From NCBI GenBank assembly GCA_047946875.1, contig CP181398.1, positions 529,818 through 572,513 on the forward strand: a stretch of 42,696 nt of DNA. The letters are read 5' to 3'. Below the pieces are notes generated by a model that did no database searches, was not told the DNA's origin, and was given only the letters and a program-made list of their open reading frames with translations. Below are positions 35,624 to 42,696 of this stretch, one piece after another; position 1 is the stretch's first letter; every line of letters begins with the position of its first letter. Origin of the DNA: Candidatus Kerfeldbacteria bacterium. Its GTDB lineage: Bacteria > Patescibacteriota > Patescibacteriia > UBA10025 > JAHIVO01. Both the position numbers and the translations under genes were made by a program.

Positions 35624-36829
35624 TTAATAAATTCTATCAATTTGTCCATTTAATTTTTCAGTTTTTGCTTTGAAATCTTTTCTCACTCTTCCAAAACAAA
35701 ATCCTAATTGTTCATAAATTTCTACTTGTTTTAGATCTACATATCTTTGTTTAATGGCCTCAGCTATATCCATATAGTTAATTTTATTATTTTTATATCC
35801 GCTAACTGTTACGCCATCAATCCCCTCTATTAATAAATATACAGCAGATGCTCCAGCCTCCATACCAAAATTAACATCATAAGAAGAGGTAAACCCACAT
35901 CTTACCAAATGACTTGGTCTAATACTTCTAATCTCGGGTAGTGCGTATTGACCATCAATATACATACCTTGATCAATCATAAATTTATTTATCTCTTTAT
36001 CATCTTTTAACAATTTTTTTAATTCTTGGGCAACATACTCACCTGCCCCTGCTAATTTTTTGTGGCCAAATGCATCTTTTACAGATGACTCATCGTACAA
36101 CTCTTCTCCACTTACATCTTTAATCCCTTCTGAAACCACAATAGTATAAGTACCGGCATTAACATCACTTTCCTGAACTCTTTTTGTATATACTTTTTTT
36201 ATATGCCTATATAATTCTTTAAAATCTACTGGTATTTCTGGTATTAATATTGCATCAGCCTCACCAGATACACCACCTCGAAAAGCGGTATGACCAGCAT
36301 TTCTTCCAAAAATCTCTAATACCATAATTCTATTATGCGTTTGTCCTGTTGTTTTTAGATCTCTTGAAAAATCTGCAATTCTTTCAATAACAGAATCTCC
36401 CCCTACAGAATATGGCATTAGATCCAAGTCCATAGTTTTAGGCACATGGACACATTTGATTCCATTTTTACTTAGGTCCAAAACAACACTACCAGTATCA
36501 TCACCACCACTAATAACTAAAGCGTCAAGTTTAAATTTTTTTAGACCTCGTTTAATTTTGTCATACTTCTCCTCATCATCTATCTTTGAAATCTTTACGC
36601 GTGAATGTCCTGCTTCTGAACCAGCCACATTAATACTAAATGTGTCCAATCGCTTATCTGTTAATTCAGTCAATGAATCTAAATCTTCTAAATTATAAAG
36701 TCCTGCGTAACCGTTTGGGATCACAAAAGTTTTTATTCTACTTCGAATAGCCATTTTAGCCACCCCCTTAACAACAGCATTCAATCCGCCACAATCTCCG
36801 CCACTGGTGATTATGCCAATATTTTTCAT
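35624..36829 (-). CDS. pfk: 6-phosphofructokinase with PPi-type signature residues
   Basis: GIITSGGDCGGLNA, ISGGDDTGS and VPKTMDLD. Asp and Lys occupy the positions equivalent to E. coli PfkA G104 and G124. Confidence 0.88.
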   Translation of the reverse strand: MKNIGIITSGGDCGGLNAVVKGVAKMAIRSRIKTFVIPNGYAGLYNLEDLDSLTELTDKRLDTFSINVAGSEAGHSRVKISKIDDEEKYDKIKRGLKKFKLDALVISGGDDTGSVVLDLSKNGIKCVHVPKTMDLDLMPYSVGGDSVIERIADFSRDLKTTGQTHNRIMVLEIFGRNAGHTAFRGGVSGEADAILIPEIPVDFKELYRHIKKVYTKRVQESDVNAGTYTIVVSEGIKDVSGEELYDESSVKDAFGHKKLAGAGEYVAQELKKLLKDDKEINKFMIDQGMYIDGQYALPEIRSIRPSHLVRCGFTSSYDVNFGMEAGASAVYLLIEGIDGVTVSGYKNNKINYMDIAEAIKQRYVDLKQVEIYEQLGFCFGRVRKDFKAKTEKLNGQIDRIY

Positions 36830-36877
36830 GATTACTTTCTTAAATAATTAAATTTCATTTTCAGTTCTGCCGGACCT

Positions 36878-36931
36878 GTCGTAAACCACTAAAGGGTTCA
36901 CGACACCCTATTTCCTTCAGTGATATAGGGT
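36878..36931 (-). other. 54-nt double-hairpin insertion in the T-stem of the outer tRNA copy
   Basis: In RNA sense ACCCUAU-13nt-AUAGGGU (7 bp) is followed by GUCGUGAACC-7nt-GGUUUACGAC (10 bp including one G-U). It is absent from the intact copy. Confidence 0.8.
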
Positions 36932-36951
36932 GGATTCGAACCAGGATACTC

Positions 36952-36992
36952 GGCTTCCTCGCCAGAGGCGAGTCCGCCTATGGCGGAAAAGG
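36952..36992. repeat. 41-bp perfect direct repeat, left copy (tRNA nt 30-40 plus the 30-nt insertion)
   Basis: ggcttcctcgccagaggcgagtccgcctatggcggaaaagg is identical to 37365-37405. It contains the 30-nt insertion (36958-36987), made of two GC hairpins: UCCGCC-AUA-GGCGGA and CUCGCC-UCU-GGCGAG. Confidence 0.95.
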
Positions 36993-37015
36993 TTTTCATT
37001 TGTTCACTTTCAGTT

Positions 37016-37086
37016 CTGCCGGACCTGGATTCGAACCAGGATACTCGGCTTCAAAGGCCGATGTCCTACCATTAGACGATCCGGCA
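37016..37086 (-). tRNA. tRNA-Gln (anticodon UUG), intact, no encoded CCA
   Basis: Hand-folded cloverleaf: acceptor UGCCGGA/UCCGGCA (U1-A72, discriminator G, as in E. coli tRNA-Gln), D arm GUCU-AAUGGUA-GGAC, anticodon arm UCGGC-CUUUGAA-GCCGA, 4-nt variable loop, and T arm CCUGG-UUCGAAU-CCAGG. Confidence 0.93.
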
Positions 37087-37103
37087 GAGCTAAAAACGAT
37101 TAT

Positions 37104-37346
37104 TTATTTTAACTTTTTATCCAACCACTTCCTACCTTGTCCCGACTTTAAAAAACTTTCGCGAATGTAAGATTCTTTTTTATTTTTATATACTTCTGTA
37201 TAAATTAATTTCCATGGTTGATGCCCTCTTGTAAATTTACTTTTATTACTATTATGTTCCTCTATTCTTATATTAGCATCTTTTAGTGTGACTCCAATAT
37301 ACCTCATTCCATCTTTCTGACTTTTTAATATATAAACTGTATACAT
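37104..37346 (-). CDS. small GIY-YIG nuclease-family protein (80 aa) embedded in the tRNA-Gln locus
   Basis: MYTVYILKSQKDGMRYIGVT..RIEEHN..PWKLIY..RESFLKSGQGRKWL gives GIY/YIG, a conserved Arg and a Glu in canonical order. The stop lies 17 nt upstream of the intact tRNA. Confidence 0.8.
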   Translation of the reverse strand: MYTVYILKSQKDGMRYIGVTLKDANIRIEEHNSNKSKFTRGHQPWKLIYTEVYKNKKESYIRESFLKSGQGRKWLDKKLK

Positions 37347-37364
37347 ACATGATTATAAATTAAT

Positions 37365-37405
37365 GGCTTCCTCGCCAGAGGCGAGTCCGCCTATGGCGGA
37401 AAAGG
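37365..37405. repeat. 41-bp perfect direct repeat, right copy
   Basis: Identical (41/41) to 36952-36992. It includes the second copy of the 30-nt insertion (37371-37400). Confidence 0.95.
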
Positions 37406-37421
37406 CCGATGTCCTACCATT

Positions 37422-37442
37422 TTTTAATCCGCCTCTGGAGGA
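37422..37442 (-). other. 21-nt insertion in the D-loop of the outer tRNA copy
   Basis: In RNA sense UCCUCCAGAGGCGGAUUAAAA. It forms an imperfect UCCUCC-AGA-GGCGGA hairpin. Its CCAGAGGCG is the exact complement of CGCCUCUGG in the 30-nt insertion. Confidence 0.8.
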
Positions 37443-37559
37443 AGACGATCCGGCAGAGCTAAAAACGATAATTTGTATTACTATAAAAATGCCTAAATAC
37501 TGAATAAGAGAAGGTTATTAATATATTTTAATCAAAATTACGATAATGTCAACTATAAA

Positions 37560-38498
37560 TTATACGCGTAAATATCTTCCAATAGCTATACTAGAACTAA
37601 TTATGTTTAATACTATTACAAATGCTAATTGCCAAGCAATAATCTGTATTAAATTAGTATTAAAATAACTAATTATATCTAAATTATAACCTTCAAAAAA
37701 AATATTAACTTGTGGAGTAATTACACTAAGCAAAGGATACAATAAAGCTAAAGTTATTGCGACTGACAATACAGCATATAACATACTCTCTACCAAAAAT
37801 GGTGCTCGAACAAACCAATTAGTAGCTCCAACTAGTTTCATAATTCCAATTTCTTCACGGTGTGTGTAAATGTTAATACGAATAGTATTAAATACTATCA
37901 ATATTGCAATAATTATAAATACTATACTAACTATAATACCGATTCGTTCTAGCTGATTTGAAAGTTCTGACAATCTATTGATAACAGATTCATTGTTATC
38001 AAAATTTCTATCGCTGATTATTGCAGTATAATCAGGATTTTCTAATACTGTTAAAATATTTGGATAATCATCAATAGTATTAGCTTTAATAACTAACGTT
38101 GCACTTAATGGATTTTCATCAAGCTCATTAATAGATTCCAAAATTATTTCATCATCTTTATGTTTTTCCTTAAAATTATCCAACGCAACCGATTTAGAAA
38201 TATAATTAACTTCTTTAACCTCTGATAAACTTTCTAATCGATACTGTACATTAATAATATCCTCTTCTAAGGCATCAGGTTTAAAATATACTGAAACGTC
38301 AACTTTTTCTTTTACCGAATCAATAGCTTTCTCTGCTACAAAATTAATACCAGCAACCATAGTCACTGAAAAAATCATTAATATCAAAATAATTATAGTT
38401 ACAATTGATAACCAAATATTTCTAATAAATCCTTGTAATGCAAATTTGATTGTCCTAGTAAAAAATACAAACATAATATTATAATATATACTTCCCAT
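37560..38498 (-). CDS. ftsX: cell-division ABC transporter permease-like protein FtsX
   Basis: TM1, a large extracytoplasmic loop and three C-terminal TM helices. It lies immediately downstream of ftsE. An internal ATG at 38474 (MFVFFTRTIKFALQG) may be the real start. Confidence 0.85.
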   Translation of the reverse strand: MGSIYYNIMFVFFTRTIKFALQGFIRNIWLSIVTIIILILMIFSVTMVAGINFVAEKAIDSVKEKVDVSVYFKPDALEEDIINVQYRLESLSEVKEVNYISKSVALDNFKEKHKDDEIILESINELDENPLSATLVIKANTIDDYPNILTVLENPDYTAIISDRNFDNNESVINRLSELSNQLERIGIIVSIVFIIIAILIVFNTIRINIYTHREEIGIMKLVGATNWFVRAPFLVESMLYAVLSVAITLALLYPLLSVITPQVNIFFEGYNLDIISYFNTNLIQIIAWQLAFVIVLNIISSSIAIGRYLRV

Positions 38499-39159
38499 TT
38501 TTTTGATCAGAGATTACTGAACCCTGATCAATAGTAATAACCCTCTTCCTTAACGAATTAACAATCTCTCTATTATGTGTAACCAAGACTACTGTGGTGC
38601 CATATTCATTAATTTTTTTCAGTAGATTAATAATTTCTTGTGAATTAATTGAATCCAAATTTCCAGTAGGCTCATCTGCCACTAATATCTTAGGACGATG
38701 AACTAATGACCTAGCAATAACGGCGCGTTGCTGTTCTCCTCCAGATATTTGATGCGGGAATCTTTCTTGCTTATTACCCAGACCAACAATTTTAAGAACT
38801 TGCGGAACAATTTCTTTAATCCTCTTATAATTAAGACCAGCTACCTCCATACCAAAAGAAACATTTTCGAAAATAGTTTTGTTAGGTAGCAATTTAAAAT
38901 CTTGAAATACTACACCAATTTGTCTTCTCAAAATTGGCACCTCCCGTGTTTTTATATTTGTTATATCCCAATCCCCGATTATAACTCTACCTTTTGTTGG
39001 TTTTTCTTCGGCGATTATCATCTTGATAACTGTAGTCTTACCCGTACCTGATTGACCTACTATAGATACAAATTCTCCAGCCTCAATATTAAAACTTACG
39101 TTTTTTAACGCATAAGTTTCTGGCTTATATATTTTGGTCACATTCTTAAAACTGATCAT
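38479..39159 (-). CDS. ftsE: cell-division ATP-binding protein FtsE
   Basis: MISFKNVTKIY, Walker A GQSGTGKTT, signature ISGGEQQRAVIARSL and Walker B ILVADEPTGNLD. Confidence 0.9.
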   Translation of the reverse strand: MISFKNVTKIYKPETYALKNVSFNIEAGEFVSIVGQSGTGKTTVIKMIIAEEKPTKGRVIIGDWDITNIKTREVPILRRQIGVVFQDFKLLPNKTIFENVSFGMEVAGLNYKRIKEIVPQVLKIVGLGNKQERFPHQISGGEQQRAVIARSLVHRPKILVADEPTGNLDSINSQEIINLLKKINEYGTTVVLVTHNREIVNSLRKRVITIDQGSVISDQKNGKYIL

Positions 39160-39197
39160 CTAAATATAGCTATTAAAAATTAACACAAAATCCCCCT

Positions 39198-40514
39198 CTA
39201 CTCATATTTTAACGCATCTATCGGATTTAGTCGAGCCGCACGTACTGCAGGAGCTACACCAAAAACCATTCCAATAACAGCTGTAAATCCAAAAGCAACT
39301 AATACTGATTGAAGAGTAATAGTCGGTGAAAATCCAAACTGAGTATCCATAATAAAACTACCCAATAATGCAAATAATATTCCTATTGCCCCACCCAAAA
39401 ATGTTAAGAAAATTGCTTCAACTAAAAATTGTATCAAAATATCAGAACCAGATGCACCAATAGCTTTACGTAAACCAATTTCTTTAGTTCTTTCAGTTAC
39501 GGAGACAAGCATTATATTCATAACCCCTATACCACCAACCAATAAAGAAATTGCCGCAATACCACCAAGCATAGTTGTTAACACTCCTAATATCTGATCA
39601 AACATATCAAGTAACTCTTCAGAATTTACAATCGAAAAATCTTCCACTCCCTCATGTGCCTCTAATAAAGCTAATCTAATATTTTCTTGAATTTCTTCTA
39701 CAGCTTCTGGGTCATTAACAGTAACGGCAAATTGATTAATGCTTGTTGTATCGGATAATTGTTTAGCTGCAGTCAAAGGTATTATTGCCATTTGGGACAT
39801 ACCTGGATCTTGTAATAAACTTTCTTCTTCCATAGGTTGCTGAGCTCCAATAATATCAAATTCTTCTTTACCAATAAAAATTGTTTCTCCAATTATATCT
39901 TCAGCATGTTTGTCTGGAAATAATATTTCTACTGCCCCTGCTTGTAATGATGCTACTTTTGCTGCACTTTCATACTCAGACTGATTAAACATTCTTCCAT
40001 ATGATTCACCGGATGCTATATCAGATCCAGCAAATGCTTTTTCTACATCGTTAGTACTACCAAATACTACTACTTGTCTTTGTGATTGAGAAAACCCACC
40101 AGTAGACTCAGCTGAATCTTCTGTTTCCGATACTGTTGGAATCTCAAAGTTTTCAACATCAGATGGAGCGACAGGTGCAGTGAGTAATACAGGTAACGGC
40201 ACTATTGCCATAGGAATAACATATTCAATTCCTTCAACCTCCTTAATAGTGTCAAAATCTTCATCATTAAATCCACCGCCACCACTTATAGGTCCCCCAC
40301 CAAATCCACCAGCTCCTGGCATAATCATAATTATATTGGAACCCAAGCTTTCAAATTGACCTGTTACCTCATCTTTTACTCCCTCACCAATACCTGTCAA
40401 TAATACGATAGCAAAAACACCAATAATTACTCCTAACATAGTAAGAATCGATCTTACTTTCTTACCCCAAATTGATTTTACTGCTAATTTAATATTTTCT
40501 ATGAATTTATACAT
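39198..40514 (-). CDS. MacB/FtsX-family ABC transporter permease
   Basis: N-terminal TM helix, a large periplasmic-type domain and a C-terminal FtsX domain (TERTKEIGLRKAIGAS, PAVRAARLNPIDALKYE). Confidence 0.85.
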   Translation of the reverse strand: MYKFIENIKLAVKSIWGKKVRSILTMLGVIIGVFAIVLLTGIGEGVKDEVTGQFESLGSNIIMIMPGAGGFGGGPISGGGGFNDEDFDTIKEVEGIEYVIPMAIVPLPVLLTAPVAPSDVENFEIPTVSETEDSAESTGGFSQSQRQVVVFGSTNDVEKAFAGSDIASGESYGRMFNQSEYESAAKVASLQAGAVEILFPDKHAEDIIGETIFIGKEEFDIIGAQQPMEEESLLQDPGMSQMAIIPLTAAKQLSDTTSINQFAVTVNDPEAVEEIQENIRLALLEAHEGVEDFSIVNSEELLDMFDQILGVLTTMLGGIAAISLLVGGIGVMNIMLVSVTERTKEIGLRKAIGASGSDILIQFLVEAIFLTFLGGAIGILFALLGSFIMDTQFGFSPTITLQSVLVAFGFTAVIGMVFGVAPAVRAARLNPIDALKYE

Positions 40515-40518
40515 AAAT

Positions 40519-41190
40519 TTATTTTTCTATCTTCCCATCATTAATTTTTATCACCTTTTTCGTCTGATCAGCAATCTTCTGGTCATGAGTAACTACAATT
40601 ATAGTAACTCCTTTTTCATTTAATTTTTTTAATATATCCATTACTTGTAAACCACTTTTAGAATCCAAATTACCAGTAGGCTCATCAGCTAATAAAACTG
40701 CCGGTTCATTAATCAAGGCTCTAGCAACCGCAACTCTCTGTTGTTCACCACCAGATAACATACTTGGTCTATGTCTTACTTTATTTGCTAAACCAACATC
40801 CTCTAATAATTGTTTAGCTTTTTTCCTTCGTTCTTTTGGACGAACCCCTTTATATACTAAAGGCAACTCAACATTACTAACTGCTTGAGTTCTTGGTAAT
40901 AAATTAAAATTTTGAAATATAAATCCAATTTTATTCCTTCTAATTTTTACTAATTCATTTTGGCTCAATTTATCAATTTCTTGTCCATCAAGCATATAAA
41001 ATCCAGATGTTGGCTGGTCTAAGCATCCAATTATATTCATTAAAGTAGATTTTCCTGAACCAGAGACTCCCATTATTGATACAAAATCACCCTTTTCAAC
41101 TACCATGTCAATCCCATCTATTGCTCGGAATTCATTTTCTTCGCCTTGATCGTAAATTTTTTGTATATTCTTAATTTCTATTAATGCCAT
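40519..41190 (-). CDS. MacB/LolD-type ABC transporter ATP-binding protein
   Basis: Walker A GVSGSGKST, LSGGEQQRVAVARAL and LLADEPTGNLD. Confidence 0.9.
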   Translation of the reverse strand: MALIEIKNIQKIYDQGEENEFRAIDGIDMVVEKGDFVSIMGVSGSGKSTLMNIIGCLDQPTSGFYMLDGQEIDKLSQNELVKIRRNKIGFIFQNFNLLPRTQAVSNVELPLVYKGVRPKERRKKAKQLLEDVGLANKVRHRPSMLSGGEQQRVAVARALINEPAVLLADEPTGNLDSKSGLQVMDILKKLNEKGVTIIVVTHDQKIADQTKKVIKINDGKIEK

Positions 41191-41192
41191 AT

Positions 41193-42696
41193 TTATATAT
41201 TGCTTAAGCCATAATTAATTAAATCATTTGTTTCATTATACCTCATATTTGAATCATTCGCACCTAAAATAACCGAAATAACATTTCCTTCTCCACTACC
41301 CCGACTAGCTTTTAACATAAAGCAATAACCTGCCTCATCAAGATAGCCAGTCTTCATCCCAGTAATAAACAATGAGGAATCAATAGTGCCATTAGTCACT
41401 CCTTTTGCACTACTTTTGATAGTATGAGCTTCATCAGTATTTATGGTTCTAAATGAATATACTGTCGTTGTAGTTCCTTGTAGCATCCTAAAATCATTTA
41501 AAATATACTTTGCCATCAAGGCAATTTCATACACTGTTGATACATTATTAGTATTTAATCCACTAACACCAGCGAATTTTGTATGAGTTAGACCCCAAGC
41601 CTGTGCTTTATCGTTCATTTTCTGTACAAATTCCTCAGTTGATAACCCAGTTGACCTTGCGAGTGCATTAGCTGCATTGTTGGCCGAACCTACTAGTGTA
41701 GTATAAAATAAATCTTTGACTGTTAAAGTTTCTCCATTATTAATGCGTAACCTTGATCCAACGGCATCATCTTCAGCCAAATATGTTACGACTTTATCAA
41801 ATGACGTACCAGTATCCAAAAAGACTGAAGCGGTCATAAGTTTTGTCAAACTGGCTATTGGTAATACGGTATCGTAGTTTTTTGAATATAAAATTTTGTT
41901 TGTTTTTTCATCAATAGCAATAGCAGCGGTAGACTGTGGATGAGGTTCAGGAACTCCAGACTCTACTTGTGGTACTGGAGCTACATGCGTACTGTCGTCA
42001 TGTTCATCAAAAGAATAAGTCTCTACTCCCAATACTTTTATTCCGTCTCCTATTGGCCAAACTTGTACCCTAACTAAACCCTTCCAAGTATCTTCAATCT
42101 GCGCAAAGGCTGTTTTACTTAAGTCTATAATTCGACGTTGGCTAAAATCAACAAAAGGTCCGGTAGAATAAACAGTAACATCAACTGTCTTCCCATTATT
42201 TACATTCCTTACTCTTAATTTTGTCCCCATCGGATAATCATTACTAGCAACTCCATCACGATGACTTGGCCAACTTAAAAAACTTGCTTTACCTTCTAAA
42301 CTATAACTATTCACATCAGCTGTATCTTCAAACACTGCAATTCTAGAAAATGGTAAATGAGTATAAGCTCTAACGTATTGATTATCATAATCAGCTGACG
42401 AAGGCAGAGCAACCCAAGATTCACTAATACTATTCCAATAGTATATTCTTTTTCTATAATAATTTTTTATTCCATCAAATTTCAGAGCTAAAACAAATGG
42501 CTTATTAAGAATCAAAGGATCACTATTACTTGGGTCCGTTCTTAATATGTCATAAATATAATAATCGCTAACTCTGGTCGTCCCTGGGGGATTTGGTAAA
42601 TTATCATCAAATGGTTTAACTTCAAAAGTAACTTCTTCATTAACTAAGTTTGGCAAAACGCCCACTCTCAAATCTCCCCATTCTGGGTGAGTTGTT
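41193..42696 (-). CDS. RlpA-like DPBB domain fused to an S11 D-alanyl-D-alanine carboxypeptidase (5' end outside the window)
   Basis: DPBB-type block GKASFLSW..GTKLRVRNVNNGKTVDVTVYSTGPF..RRIIDLSKTAF, then the PBP5 motifs SLTKLMT (SxxK), SGLN (SxN) and KTG. The frame stays open to the window edge upstream of the TTG chosen by the track. Confidence 0.85.
   Translation of the reverse strand, partial: TTHPEWGDLRVGVLPNLVNEEVTFEVKPFDDNLPNPPGTTRVSDYYIYDILRTDPSNSDPLILNKPFVLALKFDGIKNYYRKRIYYWNSISESWVALPSSADYDNQYVRAYTHLPFSRIAVFEDTADVNSYSLEGKASFLSWPSHRDGVASNDYPMGTKLRVRNVNNGKTVDVTVYSTGPFVDFSQRRIIDLSKTAFAQIEDTWKGLVRVQVWPIGDGIKVLGVETYSFDEHDDSTHVAPVPQVESGVPEPHPQSTAAIAIDEKTNKILYSKNYDTVLPIASLTKLMTASVFLDTGTSFDKVVTYLAEDDAVGSRLRINNGETLTVKDLFYTTLVGSANNAANALARSTGLSTEEFVQKMNDKAQAWGLTHTKFAGVSGLNTNNVSTVYEIALMAKYILNDFRMLQGTTTTVYSFRTINTDEAHTIKSSAKGVTNGTIDSSLFITGMKTGYLDEAGYCFMLKASRGSGEGNVISVILGANDSNMRYNETNDLINYGLSNI

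Larger units (their letters stand above)
36867..36992 (-). pseudogene. 3' part (nt 30-71) of a split second tRNA-Gln copy, carrying 30-nt and 54-nt insertions
   Basis: All tRNA-derived bases are identical to the intact copy: 36867-36877 = 37016-37026, 36932-36957 = 37027-37052 and 36988-36992 = 37053-37057. The 13-nt 3' flank is 12/13 identical. Confidence 0.8.
36993..37364 (-). mobile_element. 372-bp cassette between the direct repeats: GIY-YIG ORF plus an intact tRNA-Gln with its own flanks (putative homing-type element)
   Basis: Bounded by the 41-bp repeats. It contains a nuclease-family ORF and a complete duplicate of the interrupted gene. Mobility is inferred, not shown. Confidence 0.4.
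37365..37455 (-). pseudogene. 5' part (nt 1-40) of the split second tRNA-Gln copy, carrying 21-nt and 30-nt insertions
   Basis: 37443-37455 = 37074-37086, 37401-37421 = 37053-37073 and 37365-37370 = 37047-37052, all identical. The 19-nt 5' flank 37456-37474 is 18/19 identical to 37087-37105. Confidence 0.8.

Noticed and set aside
36930-37112. 60-aa plus-strand ORF (MDSNQDTRLPRQRRVRLWRK...)
   Set aside because: It runs antisense through the tRNA-Gln fragment and the intact tRNA-Gln. Its Arg-rich composition is a by-product of the GC-rich tRNA sequence.
36952-37405. CRISPR-like repeat
   Set aside because: There are only two copies of the 41-bp repeat. They are tRNA-derived, the 'spacer' contains a gene and a tRNA, and there are no cas genes.
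36867-37455. Group I self-splicing intron with a GIY-YIG homing endonuclease in the tRNA anticodon loop
   Set aside because: The junction does have a U before and a G at the end of the inserted block. However, the 372 bp between the repeats is filled by the ORF (243 nt) and a complete tRNA (71 nt). That leaves no room for a P3-P9 ribozyme core, and a group I intron would not explain the D-loop and T-stem insertions or the 41-bp duplication.

Overview
AT-rich, gene-dense bacterial window (about 30% GC by eye, standard genetic code). From 2.8 kb onward almost every gene is on the minus strand. The gene set suggests a small-genome, Gram-positive-type, CPR/Patescibacteria-like organism, though this lineage call is only an inference. 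It includes priA, def-fmt, a non-oxidative pentose-phosphate operon (rpiB-rpe-tal-tkt plus a PfkB kinase), fba with a PPi-type pfk, panD, rubrerythrin, queH, a KamA-family radical SAM enzyme, ftsEX, a MacB-like ABC pair, a DD-carboxypeptidase fusion and an LPXTG surface protein. A roughly 9.5 kb signal-transduction island carries 2 histidine kinases, 3 stand-alone receivers and 2 output-less sensors. Two loci stand out as GC-rich islands that no ORF explains. (1) At 36867-37455 an intact tRNA-Gln(UUG) and an 80-aa GIY-YIG ORF are nested inside a second, split copy of the same tRNA gene. That outer copy is bounded by perfect 41-bp direct repeats and carries three GC-rich hairpin insertions, in the D-loop, the anticodon and the T-stem. 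(2) At 7143-7526 a roughly 350-nt ORF-less plus-strand transcription unit has a consensus sigma70 promoter and an intrinsic terminator, and I could not assign it to a known RNA family by eye. No rRNA, CRISPR array, transposase or integrase was seen. All folds, motif matches and alignments were done by hand, so homology calls rest on recognisable motifs only.
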